In this document: positions 19,576 to 30,025 of the stretch, piece by piece
Position numbering within the stretch: position 1 is the stretch's first letter
Layout of the letters: every line of letters begins with the position of its first letter
Source: Bacteroidaceae bacterium
GTDB lineage: Bacteria > Bacteroidota > Bacteroidia > Bacteroidales > Bacteroidaceae
DNA: 64,000 nucleotides
Assembly: GCA_045647745.1 (NCBI GenBank)
Contig: JAZRMQ010000047.1
Span: forward strand, 11,766 to 75,765
Reading direction: 5' to 3'
Notes under the pieces: model-generated
Seen by the model: only the letters and a program-made list of their open reading frames with translations
What the model was told of the DNA's origin: nothing
Database searches by the model: none
Made by a program: the position numbers and the translations under genes

Positions 19576-20346
19576 TTAAAATCTGATATTGCAGTTAAAG
19601 CCATAGTAATCCTTGTTGTACATCTGCCTGCTGTCGATTATCTGTGGCTCAATGCTGAGATGTATATCCTCGCTGATGTCAAAATTAGACAACTGTGCAT
19701 CTACATAAGCATCGATTACCGATAGGGCATACACTCCAATGAAGGAGAATATGCTCAAATCGCGCCAACGGCGATAGCGGTCCTTCCTTTTTTTGAACAC
19801 TCCTTTCAGATACTCTTTGTTTGCTTCGTAATCGTATCCGTGGCGAAAGAAATCTTTGTAGGAGTTGGTGTTTGGGTCGCTGTCCATTATATCGAGATAG
19901 GCCTGACGATAGTCCTTGTACATCTGTCCGTTCCAGTTGTAGGCATAGAGGCAACCAACAAATCCGCCGTAAACAATCGGCAGCTTCCAGAATTTGCGAT
20001 TGTAAATCTGTCCGCCTCCGGGGATTGCCAAAGCAAGCCAAGTGGCTGTTGTTGGGTCGGGTTTTCTAATTGTTATTCTGTTAGCGCCTGTTTGCTTGGT
20101 GGGGGCAGGGAGTTTAATGCTATCGGGGCTGTTTGCAGCTGTAATCTCCCGGTATGTGCTGTCCAAAGTTAAAATATTGGGCATTGTTGCTCTTAAATCC
20201 TTAACACTTAGTGTGTCTTTTTGGATTGTCAGCAGTGTGGTGTCGGTTGTCGCTGTATGCAGTGTCTGTGCAGTGATATTTGTTGCCAGCATTGTGAGTA
20301 ATGCGACAACAATCATAAACTTATATGTAAGTTTTTTTATAATCAC
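19576..20346 (-). CDS. DUF5683 domain-containing protein
   Basis: AIPGGGQIYNRKFWKLPIVYGGF motif. Conserved position downstream of parB in Bacteroidales. Confidence 0.75.
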   Translation of the reverse strand: MIIKKLTYKFMIVVALLTMLATNITAQTLHTATTDTTLLTIQKDTLSVKDLRATMPNILTLDSTYREITAANSPDSIKLPAPTKQTGANRITIRKPDPTTATWLALAIPGGGQIYNRKFWKLPIVYGGFVGCLYAYNWNGQMYKDYRQAYLDIMDSDPNTNSYKDFFRHGYDYEANKEYLKGVFKKRKDRYRRWRDLSIFSFIGVYALSVIDAYVDAQLSNFDISEDIHLSIEPQIIDSRQMYNKDYYGFNCNIRF

Positions 20347-20352
20347 TGCGGG

Positions 20353-21237
20353 TTATTTGTTTAGTCGGTCAAAGATTGATATGATACGTTCCAACTCTTT
20401 TTCGTTCTTGAACTTTATGCTTATTTTTCCACTGCCTTTAGCCGAGCAAGTCATCTGCACCGGTGTCTGGAAAAAGTTTGTAAGTTGTTTTTTCAACTGG
20501 TGGAAGGCTGCATCTTGTTTTTTCTCGGCGCTCTTTTTCTTGTTGTCATTTTTTGCTTCTCCGCCTTCTTTTATGCGTCGCACCATCTCCTCAACCTCGC
20601 GCACAGAGTAACTGTTCTTCTCAATGTCGTGGAAGAGGGCTATTTGGTCGCTGTGTGAGTCGAGCGACAACAGGGCCTTGGCGTGGCCCATATCAATTCT
20701 CTTCTCTTTGAGCGCGACTTGTATAACTGCCGGCAATTTCAGCAGGCGAAGGAAATTTGCAATGGTTGCTCGGCCTTTTCCAATGCGTTTGCTAAGCTGC
20801 TCTTGGGAAAGGTTGTGCTGCTCAATCAGTTGCTGATAGGCAAGGGCAATTTCAAGAGCATTCAAGTCCTCGCGCTGAATGTTCTCAATGAGAGCCATCT
20901 CCATAGTATCCTCATCATCAGCCTTCAGAATATAAGCCGGGATTGTAGTCTTTCCGGCAAGCTGCGATGCGCGGAAACGTCTCTCTCCGGCAATAATCTG
21001 ATAGGTGCCATCCTCCATCTTGCGCAGTGTGATGGGTTGTATAACACCAAGCTCTTTGATTGAGTCGGCAAGCTCCTGCAGCGCCTCTTCATTAAAGTCC
21101 CGGCGTGGTTGGTTGGGATTGGCGAAGATTTTGCCAATCTCAATTTCGCCTATTGATGATGAACCCGATGTGCGAACGGCCTCGGTTGAGATGAGTGCGT
21201 CGAGTCCGCGTCCGAGTGTGAATTTCTGTTTTGCCAT
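20353..21237 (-). CDS. parB: Chromosome partitioning protein ParB
   Basis: GRGLDALI, NPNQPRRDF, IQPITLR, GERRFRA and HTH motifs. Confidence 0.95.
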   Translation of the reverse strand: MAKQKFTLGRGLDALISTEAVRTSGSSSIGEIEIGKIFANPNQPRRDFNEEALQELADSIKELGVIQPITLRKMEDGTYQIIAGERRFRASQLAGKTTIPAYILKADDEDTMEMALIENIQREDLNALEIALAYQQLIEQHNLSQEQLSKRIGKGRATIANFLRLLKLPAVIQVALKEKRIDMGHAKALLSLDSHSDQIALFHDIEKNSYSVREVEEMVRRIKEGGEAKNDNKKKSAEKKQDAAFHQLKKQLTNFFQTPVQMTCSAKGSGKISIKFKNEKELERIISIFDRLNK

Positions 21238-21238
21238 T

Positions 21239-22006
21239 TTAGAATTTGTTTCTGTTTAGTATTTCCTCGGCTAATGCCAAATAGTTCTTTGCACCGGTTG
21301 ACTCTGCGTCGTACATAAGCGCCGGAATTCCCATACTGGGAGCCTCGCCCAGTCTGATATTGCGCTGTATCACGGTGTTGAACACAAGTTCTCTAAAGTG
21401 CTTTTTTACTTCATTGTAAACCTGATTGCTCAGTCGCAGGCGCGAGTTGAACATAGTCAGCAAAAATCCCTCGATATCAAGCATCGGGTTGAGATTTGAT
21501 TTTATGATTTTTATTGTGTTCAGCAATTTACTGATGCCTTCGAGTGCAAAATATTCACATTGCACGGGGATAATCACTGAGTCGGCGGCAGTCAGTGAGT
21601 TTACGGTGATAAGTCCCAGTGATGGCGAGCAGTCGATGAGGATATAATCATATCTCTCTTTGATGGGCGCCAACGCTTCGCGCATAATCTTCTCTCTGTT
21701 GGGCAGGTCGAGCATCTCAATCTCTGCACCTACAAGGTCAATGTGTGAGGGGATAATATCCAACCCTTTTACGCAGGTTGCGCTGATGCTCTCCTCGGCT
21801 ACCGACTTATTTATCAAACATTCGTAAATAGAACTTTTTATCTCTCTGATATCAATGCCTAAGCCCGACGAGGCGTTTGCCTGAGGGTCGGCATCAATTA
21901 CAAGAACTTTCTTTTCAAATGCGGCAAGCGACGCTGCAAGGTTAATGGCTGTAGTTGTTTTGCCAACACCTCCTTTTTGGTTTGCCAATGCTATAATCTT
22001 TCCCAT
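21239..22006 (-). CDS. parA: Chromosome partitioning ATPase ParA/Soj
   Basis: Deviant Walker A NQKGGVGKTTT. 255 aa. Sits 1 nt upstream of parB. Confidence 0.95.
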   Translation of the reverse strand: MGKIIALANQKGGVGKTTTAINLAASLAAFEKKVLVIDADPQANASSGLGIDIREIKSSIYECLINKSVAEESISATCVKGLDIIPSHIDLVGAEIEMLDLPNREKIMREALAPIKERYDYILIDCSPSLGLITVNSLTAADSVIIPVQCEYFALEGISKLLNTIKIIKSNLNPMLDIEGFLLTMFNSRLRLSNQVYNEVKKHFRELVFNTVIQRNIRLGEAPSMGIPALMYDAESTGAKNYLALAEEILNRNKF

Positions 22007-22077
22007 TTTGTCTCAATTATTTAGTCTTGCCGAAAATATTTTACGGCATAGTGACAAATTCTAAAATATTACACTTG

Positions 22078-22085
22078 CAAAGGTA
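22078..22085 (-). promoter_or_regulatory. Candidate -7 box (TACCTTTG on - strand) for the parA operon
   Basis: Exact TAnnTTTG match 72 bp upstream of the ATG at 22006. Confidence 0.4.
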
Positions 22086-22163
22086 GTAAAAAAAGTTAGT
22101 CGGAGGTAAAAAATATTGTGTTACTTATTAACAGAAAACTGTTGGAAACTGTTTAAAATCATA

Positions 22164-22201
22164 AAAAATGTTACCGTGCTTGCAAGCGCGGTAACATTTT
22201 T
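22164..22201 (-). terminator. Intrinsic terminator of the GH84 gene
   Basis: AAAAATGTTACCG-(GCTTGCAAGC)-CGGTAACATTTTT long hairpin, 22 nt downstream of the stop. Confidence 0.8.
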
Positions 22202-22223
22202 GTGAAAACATTGGCAGGTAGTG

Positions 22224-25130
22224 TTATTCTACTGAAATTTTATATGCCTTTGTCTTGTTGCTGTCGTTGGTGATTACAATGTATAATCCTTGTTGTAACT
22301 CTTTTGCTGATAAGCGGCTACCTTCGCCCTTCTTTACCTCTCGGCCATCGGCCGTGTAAATGATGATTGACTTTGTGTCATTGCTGCAGATAATCTCTCC
22401 GTTGATGAATTTAAAATTATCATTCTCGTCACCGATATTCTCAATAGCGCTCTCGCTGCCTTTCTTAACGATGTTCACTGTGTAGCTCTCATTGTTGGCA
22501 ACATTTTTGGCCTCGAGGCGGTTGTCCGAGACAACGAGATAGCTCACCTTATCGTCCTTTACGGCCGATTGTGTCCATTGGATTGACCACAAATTTCCCA
22601 TCTGTGTCAATAGGTAGGTGTTCCAGTCGGGATAATATTGATTTGTGCCGAACACACCATATTCATTGAGATATCTGTTGTCGGCGTTGCTTGTTATCTT
22701 GTAGCAATTTTGGCCGTTGGCGTCGGTGGCAATCTTCCACTCTTGTGCAACAGTGGGCTTGTCGGTTGCAACGAATGTCGGTGTGCCGCCAGAGCCTTTT
22801 ATGTTGTTGTTTGTTAGGTAGCGGTTGCCGTCGAGGATGTAATAAACATCGTCGCTGTTGATAAAAGGCTCTTTTGCTGCTCCACCCAATGGGACAATGT
22901 CAAAAATGTATTTTTCGGGCAGTGCTGTCGAGTTGCCTTTCTGTATCTCGGAGTTGCTTACAGTCCAGAATGCTGTGCCGGCACTGCCGCTATTTCTGAT
23001 GGCGTACTTGCCGTTGGCCAGCAAGGTAATCTCGTATGTGTGCCAGATTGCCTCGTATGGGTTTGTGTTGTCGCTGACTGTGAAGCTACCGTTTTCGTTA
23101 AGATAGCGGTTGTCCTCAAGGTTTACAATCTTGTAACGGTTGGTGGCCGGGTCGACGCTAATCTTCCACTCTTGTTTCTGGGGGCGTATATTGTCCAACT
23201 CTTTTTGGAAGAGAGGCTTGCTTCCCGCGGTTTTTGGCTTTGTGTTTGTGAGATATTGGCCGTTGTAAATAATCTTGTATGTTCCATTTTCAAGAACCTG
23301 TGCAGGGAAAACGTCTGTGCGGTAGTCATATACCTCCTTGTATCTTGTAATCAATATTCCAACATTTTCCTTGATAAATGGCTCCACGTGTAATGTGGCA
23401 GCAACCGGTGATGCTATTTTTAATGAGCCGTGGAAGTCTCGTGAACGCAGTGCATTCTGCGCCTCGGTAAACTCAATGTAGCGCAAGTAACTGTTGACAA
23501 AGCTGTCGGGGTTCTCGGCAAGCAACGCATTGTTCATCTCTACCAGTGAAACGCCTCGCAAGCCAATATATTCAAAGCACTTTATCCACGGTTCAATCTC
23601 TTGGGTGAGTGCTGGCGCCTCGTCGGTAGTAGCGAGTTTGCGGGCTACTGAAACAAATTTATCAAACTGCGCACCGATGGCAGCGTATGCACTATTGTAG
23701 TCGCCGGCAGCTATTTTTTCGTCGTATTGCTGCTTTGCTTTTACAAATTCAGGCGATTCGTTTGTGCGACGCAAGCCGTGTGTGTTTGCTCCAAGGTCTA
23801 CATTGTTCTCGCAGAAGAAACGGAATTCTGCGGTGCTCTTTGGCATAATATATTCGATGGCTGCCTCCCACGATTTATCGGCATTGTATGCCGGCATATT
23901 CCAAGTGTAGTCACCGATGCTGAAGAGTGAGACTTTTGAAGCCTCGGCATACTCCATCGGGTTTGAGACAAAGCCCGAGAGCATATTGGCAATGGTCAGG
24001 TCGTTGCCGTATGTGGGGCCCATCAAAATGTGGTTGATGCAGTAGTCGCTTACGGGGTAGTTGAGCCAAATGTAAGCCTTGCGCTTGATTTGGTTGTTTA
24101 TCCACTCCATATCACCGTAGTTAATCATATCAACGACACTGTTTCCTGTCCACATCACATTAATGTCGCTGTCCATTATTGTGCCGAGCGCCGGCAGGTA
24201 AACGCTGTTTGCCCAACCGCGGTTGTATTGTGTGGGGCATATAGTGAGTGGCTTTACATCGGGGTAGCTCTTTTTAAGCTCTGCAGCAATGTAGTTCATC
24301 AGCTCGGCTTGTTCATCGCCGTGTGAGCCGTCGTCGTTCCAAAGGTCGTCCCAGAATACAGCAAAGCTTCTCACGCCAAGCTCGCACATTGCTTTCAGCT
24401 TGTTCACGATGTTTGCCCTGTCGGTGTTGTTCCACTGTATATCCTCGCCCGGGTGGATTGCCCACATAAACTCTATTTTGTTGGCTTTTGCCACGTTTAC
24501 ATACTCTTTGATTTTATTGCCAAGCTCGGCCGGGTACTCTTCGCGCCATTTACTCTTGTGATAAGCATCATCTTTTGGGCCGTAGATGTAAACATTCATC
24601 TTCTGTCGGCCAAACAATTCAAAGAGTCCCAAACGGTCGGCCTCGCTGTAGGGGTTGCCATAGTAACCCTCTACCAGTCCGCGCTGTGGAACGCTGGGGT
24701 AGTCGGTGATTGTGACGCACATTACGTTGGGCTGGGAGGCTATCTGAATGAATGTCTGTACGCCGTAGTATGTGCCCGATTCATCATTGCCGGCAATTAC
24801 AACCTCATTCTTGCTCACGTTGAGATAGTAACCCTCGGCCTTTTGAGGAATTAGGTTTTCGTAGGCGGCAACGGCAGCGTCTCCGCGCTCTCCAATAATA
24901 AGTTTTACGGTGCCGTCGGTTGTGTTGTAACTCTTTTTGAACAGATTGACGGCGTCTTTGTCGGCCTCTTTCTCGCCGGTAATGTTGTAGCTTGCACTGC
25001 TTTCAAAAGCAATCTCATTGCTCCAATTTGTACTCTGTGGAACGGGGTATACTTTTACCTCTTGTGCATTAACGCTTAGTGTGGTTGCGGCTAAAAATAG
25101 TGCGGAAAGCCAGGAAGATAAATTTTTCAT
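22224..25130 (-). CDS. GH84 beta-N-acetylglucosaminidase (O-GlcNAcase-type) with two ricin-type beta-trefoil modules and a T9SS C-terminal sorting domain
   Basis: Near-collinear with the BtGH84 core as I recall it: DYPSVPQRGLVEGYYGNPYS, NVYIYGPKDDAYH, catalytic FAVFWDD, YIWLNYPVSDY. QEWKI (QxW) repeats occur twice. CTD ...LQQGLYIVITNDSNKTKAYKISVE. Confidence 0.9.
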   Translation of the reverse strand: MKNLSSWLSALFLAATTLSVNAQEVKVYPVPQSTNWSNEIAFESSASYNITGEKEADKDAVNLFKKSYNTTDGTVKLIIGERGDAAVAAYENLIPQKAEGYYLNVSKNEVVIAGNDESGTYYGVQTFIQIASQPNVMCVTITDYPSVPQRGLVEGYYGNPYSEADRLGLFELFGRQKMNVYIYGPKDDAYHKSKWREEYPAELGNKIKEYVNVAKANKIEFMWAIHPGEDIQWNNTDRANIVNKLKAMCELGVRSFAVFWDDLWNDDGSHGDEQAELMNYIAAELKKSYPDVKPLTICPTQYNRGWANSVYLPALGTIMDSDINVMWTGNSVVDMINYGDMEWINNQIKRKAYIWLNYPVSDYCINHILMGPTYGNDLTIANMLSGFVSNPMEYAEASKVSLFSIGDYTWNMPAYNADKSWEAAIEYIMPKSTAEFRFFCENNVDLGANTHGLRRTNESPEFVKAKQQYDEKIAAGDYNSAYAAIGAQFDKFVSVARKLATTDEAPALTQEIEPWIKCFEYIGLRGVSLVEMNNALLAENPDSFVNSYLRYIEFTEAQNALRSRDFHGSLKIASPVAATLHVEPFIKENVGILITRYKEVYDYRTDVFPAQVLENGTYKIIYNGQYLTNTKPKTAGSKPLFQKELDNIRPQKQEWKISVDPATNRYKIVNLEDNRYLNENGSFTVSDNTNPYEAIWHTYEITLLANGKYAIRNSGSAGTAFWTVSNSEIQKGNSTALPEKYIFDIVPLGGAAKEPFINSDDVYYILDGNRYLTNNNIKGSGGTPTFVATDKPTVAQEWKIATDANGQNCYKITSNADNRYLNEYGVFGTNQYYPDWNTYLLTQMGNLWSIQWTQSAVKDDKVSYLVVSDNRLEAKNVANNESYTVNIVKKGSESAIENIGDENDNFKFINGEIICSNDTKSIIIYTADGREVKKGEGSRLSAKELQQGLYIVITNDSNKTKAYKISVE

Positions 25131-25174
25131 ATAATTGATTGGTTATAATATTCCATTGCTGTTACACAACAAAG

Positions 25175-25182
25175 CAAAAATA
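25175..25182 (-). promoter_or_regulatory. Candidate -7 box (TATTTTTG on - strand)
   Basis: Exact TAnnTTTG match 45 bp upstream of the ATG at 25130. Confidence 0.4.
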
Positions 25183-25249
25183 GGTATTTTGAGTGAAATA
25201 GACAAATTTTTATTATATTCGCGTCGTTAAGTTTAAATAGGATGTTGTT

Positions 25250-26011
25250 ATGAGCGAAAAACCGTTAATATTGGTTTCTAATGATGATGGCTATTTTGCC
25301 AAAGGTATCAACTGCCTTGCGAGGGTGCTTATGGAGTTTGGTGACGTTGTGGTTGTTGCGCCGCATACCGGTCGTTCGGGAAAGGGTTGCGCTATCACAA
25401 GTGAGGTACCTTTGAAGGTTGAACTTGTTGCCTCGGAACCGGGCTTGAAAATATATTCTTGCACCGGAACGCCTTGCGATTGTGTAAAGGTGGCTTGTCA
25501 CAGCATTCTTGAGCGTCGCCCCGACCTTGTTGTCGGTGGCATCAATCACGGCGATAATTCGGCTGTCAATGCACACTATTCGGGCACGATGGGTATTGTG
25601 CTCGAGGGGTGTATGAAAGGGATACCATCGGTGGCTTTTTCGCTCTGTTCCCACGCTCCCGACGCTGATTTTTCTCCCACGTACGATGTCGTTCGCAGGG
25701 TTGTTGCTGCTGTGCTCGAACGTGGGTTGCCAGTGGGCAGTTGCTTGAATGTTAATTTCCCTAATTCATCATCTTATGCCGGCGTAAAGGTTTGTCGTCA
25801 GGCGATGGGGCGTTGGATAAATGAGTGGGAGTCGCACAATCATCCGCGTGGCGGCGAGTGGTGGTGGTTGACAGGAGAGTTTGTCATTGAGGATAATGAT
25901 CCGTCGGCCGATCGTGTGGCTCTTGACAATAATTATGTCTCAATCACTCCAACAACAATAGATATGACAGATTATCGTCTGCTCGACGAGATGAAAAAGT
26001 GGAATCTTTGA
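25250..26011 (+). CDS. surE: 5'/3'-nucleotidase SurE
   Basis: ILVSNDDG N-terminal motif and GINHGDN. 253 aa. Confidence 0.95.
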   Translation: MSEKPLILVSNDDGYFAKGINCLARVLMEFGDVVVVAPHTGRSGKGCAITSEVPLKVELVASEPGLKIYSCTGTPCDCVKVACHSILERRPDLVVGGINHGDNSAVNAHYSGTMGIVLEGCMKGIPSVAFSLCSHAPDADFSPTYDVVRRVVAAVLERGLPVGSCLNVNFPNSSSYAGVKVCRQAMGRWINEWESHNHPRGGEWWWLTGEFVIEDNDPSADRVALDNNYVSITPTTIDMTDYRLLDEMKKWNL

Positions 26012-26026
26012 CAAGAATCAGGGTTT

Positions 26027-27169
26027 ATGAAATATTATCTCATAGTTGGCGAGGCTTCGGGTGATTTGCACGCCTCGAATTTGATGAAATCTATAAAGGC
26101 TTTAGACAAGAGTGCCGAGTTTCGTTTCTTTGGTGGCGATTTGATGTCGGCTGTAGGTGGCACCCGTGTTAAGCACTATCGTGAACTTGCATATATGGGC
26201 TTTATTCCTGTCCTGCTGCATTTGAGAACGATATTTGCCAATATGAGAATTTGTAAAAAAGATGTCGAGGAGTGGGCTCCCGACGCTCTGATACTTGTCG
26301 ATTATCCCGGTTTTAACCTCTCTATTGCCGAGTATATTCACAAAAACACCAAAATCCCTGTATATTACTATATCTCACCTAAAATTTGGGCGTGGAAAGA
26401 GTATCGCATAAAGAATATCAAGCGCGACGTTGATGAACTCTTTTCTATTTTGCCTTTTGAGATTGATTTCTTTGAGAAGAAACATAATTACAAAATAAAT
26501 TATGTGGGCAATCCTTGTGTCGATGCGGTCGATGATTTTAAGCGTAACAGGGCTCTGTCGCGTGCGACTTTTATTGAGCAGAATAATTTGACGGATAAGC
26601 CTATTGTGGCGTTGCTTGCCGGCAGCCGCAAACAAGAGATTAAGGCCAATTTGCCACTTATGATTGAGGCGGTGAAACAATTCCCCGGTTACCAGCCTGT
26701 CGTGGCCGGAGCTCCGGGCATTGACAAGGATTTTTATGCTCCCTTTCTCACTGCTGATGTAAAAATTGTCTTTGGGCAGACTTACGATATTCTCAATAAT
26801 TCTCACGCGGCATTGGTTACATCGGGAACAGCAACTCTTGAAACGGCGTTGTTTAATGTGCCTCAGGTGGTGTGTTACGCAACACCTATGGCTCGCCTCT
26901 ATTCGTGGCTGAAAAAACGTTTCTTAAAGGTGAAATTTGTTTCGCTTGTTAATCTTGTGGCCGACAAGGAGGTTGTGCGTGAGCTTATTGCCGCAGATAT
27001 GACGCTGCAGAATATTAAAGATGAGCTTGGCCGACTATTGCCCTGTGATAGCAAAGAAAGAACGGCTATGCTCAATGAGTATAGCCGTATGATGGAGATT
27101 CTTGGCAAGCCGGGTGCATCGGGGCGTGCCGCTGAAAAGATTGTCTCTCTGCTGTCAGAAAAAGGTTAA
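26027..27169 (+). CDS. lpxB: Lipid-A-disaccharide synthase
   Basis: GEASGDLHASNLM N-terminus, DYPGFNL, SGTATLE. Confidence 0.95.
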   Translation: MKYYLIVGEASGDLHASNLMKSIKALDKSAEFRFFGGDLMSAVGGTRVKHYRELAYMGFIPVLLHLRTIFANMRICKKDVEEWAPDALILVDYPGFNLSIAEYIHKNTKIPVYYYISPKIWAWKEYRIKNIKRDVDELFSILPFEIDFFEKKHNYKINYVGNPCVDAVDDFKRNRALSRATFIEQNNLTDKPIVALLAGSRKQEIKANLPLMIEAVKQFPGYQPVVAGAPGIDKDFYAPFLTADVKIVFGQTYDILNNSHAALVTSGTATLETALFNVPQVVCYATPMARLYSWLKKRFLKVKFVSLVNLVADKEVVRELIAADMTLQNIKDELGRLLPCDSKERTAMLNEYSRMMEILGKPGASGRAAEKIVSLLSEKG

Positions 27170-28002
27170 AGAATACCTATAAAAGCCAAATAGACAATTA
27201 CGCAGGGTATTGCAAAAAGGGTGCTGTCGAAACGGTCTAGCAGGCCTCCGTGTCCGGGAAGGAAATTACCCGAATCCTTAATCTGCATTTCACGCTTCAT
27301 ACTCGATTCTATGAGGTCGCCTAATGTGCCCGAAACAACAACTACCACAGCCATACCAATCCACTGCCAAATATTCATTATATCAAAGAATTGCGCCATC
27401 ACGGCTCCTGCTCCAATGGCAACAGCAACGCCGCCAAAAAGTCCTTCCCAAGTCTTTTTGGGCGATATGCGCTCGAACATCTTGTGACGTCCAATGAGGC
27501 AACCAATGCAGTATGCTCCGCTGTCGTTGCACCATATAAAAATGAATATTGACAGTGGGAACAACCAGTAGTAGGTCTCTCCCTCGGGTGCTCCGGCCGT
27601 GGATAGTATCTGTAGCAAAGAGAATGGCAGTGCTACATAAATTTGCGTCAGCATAAAATAGGCAAGATTTTCAATGTTGTTGCCCTTCTTAGAGAATGAA
27701 ATACCAACAATTGTGCATAGGATTGCTATCATATATGGAGCAAAGACCAATAGTGCCGGCAGTTTCCCATTGTGGGCTGTAAGCGCGAATGCTACATATA
27801 GCAGAACACTGCACATAAATGCTACAAAGGGGTTGAATGACGCGTTCTTGTGTTGTCGCAATAATGTTGAGAATTCATTTACAGCCAAGGCCATAAAGAC
27901 AAGAAATAGTGGCCTGAATGTGTTGAATCCACAAAGTATTGAGCCAATAAGGATACCTGCAAACAACGCTCCGCTAAGTGTGCGCACAATAAATTTTTTC
28001 AT
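27166..28002 (-). CDS. cdsA: Phosphatidate cytidylyltransferase
   Basis: Multi-TM protein with the CTP-transferase signature SxxKRxxxxKDxxxxxPGHGGxxDRxD (SSMKREMQIKDSGNFLPGHGGLLDRFDS). Confidence 0.95.
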   Translation of the reverse strand: MKKFIVRTLSGALFAGILIGSILCGFNTFRPLFLVFMALAVNEFSTLLRQHKNASFNPFVAFMCSVLLYVAFALTAHNGKLPALLVFAPYMIAILCTIVGISFSKKGNNIENLAYFMLTQIYVALPFSLLQILSTAGAPEGETYYWLFPLSIFIFIWCNDSGAYCIGCLIGRHKMFERISPKKTWEGLFGGVAVAIGAGAVMAQFFDIMNIWQWIGMAVVVVVSGTLGDLIESSMKREMQIKDSGNFLPGHGGLLDRFDSTLFAIPCVIVYLAFIGIL

Positions 28003-28051
28003 ATTGCCTTATTTTATGGTTGTGTTATATGTTTACTGAAAACAGTTTTTT

Positions 28052-30019
28052 TTATTCCTCAACAATAGTATCTTGCTCTTCCTCTGCAATAACCTCAAAC
28101 TCTTTGTTCTTCTCCTTGTTATTTGCATCAAAAATCTCTTCGCTACGTGAGGCCCAAGGGCGTTTGCCAAAAATCTTCTCTACATCCTCGGCGAAAATCA
28201 CCTCTCTCTCTATGAGTATTTTAGCAAGCTCTGCGTGTCCCTCTTTGTGTTCGCGCAATAGCTCTTTAGCTCTCTCATACTGCTCTTTAATCATTTTGTG
28301 AACCTCGGAGTCTATTGTCTCGGCTGTTTTTTCGCTATAAGGGCGAGTGAAAGAGTATTCCTGATTGTTATAATAGCACAGGTTCGAGAGATTGTCGCTC
28401 ATTCCTGCGTATGCAACCATTGCGTATGCCTGCTTTGTCACACGTTCAAGGTCGTTCATCGCTCCGGTAGAAATGTGCCCAATAAAACACTCTTCGGCAG
28501 CGCGACCACCAAGGGTTGAGCACATCTCGTCGAGCATCTGCTCTTTTGTGGTTATTTGACGCTCCTCGGGCATATACCACGCTGCTCCGAGCGCTCTTCC
28601 GCGCGGAACGATTGTTACTTTAATAAGTGGGTTGGCGTGCTCAAGGAACCACGATATTGTTGCGTGGCCGGCTTCGTGTATTGCGATAGCCTCTTTCTCC
28701 TTTTGTGTCATCACCTTGGTCTTTTTCTCGAGTCCGCCGATTATGCGGTCGATGGCGTCAAGAAAATCTTGTTTGTCGACGGCCTTCTTCTTGTTGCGTG
28801 CAGCTATAAGTGCAGCCTCGTTGCAGACATTGGCAATATCAGCACCCGAGAAGCCCGGTGTCTGTCGTGCCAATGTGTCAACCTCTATCGATGGGTCGAG
28901 CTTCAGCGGACGCAGATGCACTCCAAATACCTCTTTGCGCTCGTTGAGGTCGGGCAGGTCTACGTGAATTTGTCTGTCGAAACGACCGGCGCGCAACAAA
29001 GCCTTGTCAAGAATATCGGCGCGGTTGGTTGCTGCAATGACAATAATTCCGCTGTTTGTGCCGAATCCGTCCATCTCGGTCAATAGCTGGTTGAGCGTGT
29101 TCTCACGCTCGTCGTTTCCGCCCATTGACGGGTTTTTTCCGCGTGCGCGTCCAACAGCATCTATCTCATCTATAAATATTATACAAGGGGACTTCTCTTT
29201 GGCCTGACGGAAGAGGTCGCGCACGCGCGATGCTCCCACACCAACAAACATCTCAACAAAATCGGAACCCGACATTGAGAAGAATGGTACATTAGCCTCT
29301 CCTGCAACAGCCTTGGCCAGCAGGGTTTTACCGGTTCCCGGAGGGCCAATGAGTAGCGCTCCTTTGGGGATTTTACCTCCAAGCTCGGTGTACATTTGTG
29401 GGTTCTTCAAAAAGTCTACAATTTCTTGAACCTCCTGCTTTGCGCCCTCTTGTCCTGCTACATCTTTGAATGTGATGCGTGTGGCGCTGTTCTCTTTGTC
29501 GAACAGCTTGGCTTGTGACTTCCCGACGTTGAACACACCGCCTTGTCCGCCACCGCCACCGCTCATACGGCGCATCAAGAATATCCAAACAAATATCAGG
29601 GCGATGAAAGGAACGATGTTCCAGAATAGGTCACCCCAGAAATTCTTTTGCTCCTGATAGGTCACTACTCCTTTGAATTTACCCTCTTCGCTCTCTCTTT
29701 GTTGGCGTATAAAATTGTCGAAATTATCAATAGAACCGATAGTCGTCTCCACTCTCAAGCGCGAGCCGTTGGGCAACGGCTTGTCGGTAACCTTGGTGAC
29801 AGAGTCTTGGAGTATATATGCCTCGAGTAGTCTGTTGTTGATAACAGAAATCTCCTCTACGTATCCGTTTTTGATATAATCCTCAACCTCGGTGTATGAC
29901 TTTCTGAGCTGTTGGTTGGTGTTGCCATCGTCAAAAAGGTAGATGAACAAAAGTACACCGCCAATTATCGTATACAACCAAGTGAATGATATTTTAGGTA
30001 TTTTACTGTTTTTTTTCAT
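28052..30019 (-). CDS. ftsH: ATP-dependent zinc metalloprotease FtsH
   Basis: Walker [17 protein letters not shown] zinc site. 655 aa. Confidence 0.97.
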   Translation of the reverse strand: MKKNSKIPKISFTWLYTIIGGVLLFIYLFDDGNTNQQLRKSYTEVEDYIKNGYVEEISVINNRLLEAYILQDSVTKVTDKPLPNGSRLRVETTIGSIDNFDNFIRQQRESEEGKFKGVVTYQEQKNFWGDLFWNIVPFIALIFVWIFLMRRMSGGGGGQGGVFNVGKSQAKLFDKENSATRITFKDVAGQEGAKQEVQEIVDFLKNPQMYTELGGKIPKGALLIGPPGTGKTLLAKAVAGEANVPFFSMSGSDFVEMFVGVGASRVRDLFRQAKEKSPCIIFIDEIDAVGRARGKNPSMGGNDERENTLNQLLTEMDGFGTNSGIIVIAATNRADILDKALLRAGRFDRQIHVDLPDLNERKEVFGVHLRPLKLDPSIEVDTLARQTPGFSGADIANVCNEAALIAARNKKKAVDKQDFLDAIDRIIGGLEKKTKVMTQKEKEAIAIHEAGHATISWFLEHANPLIKVTIVPRGRALGAAWYMPEERQITTKEQMLDEMCSTLGGRAAEECFIGHISTGAMNDLERVTKQAYAMVAYAGMSDNLSNLCYYNNQEYSFTRPYSEKTAETIDSEVHKMIKEQYERAKELLREHKEGHAELAKILIEREVIFAEDVEKIFGKRPWASRSEEIFDANNKEKNKEFEVIAEEEQDTIVEE

Positions 30020-30025
30020 TGTATG

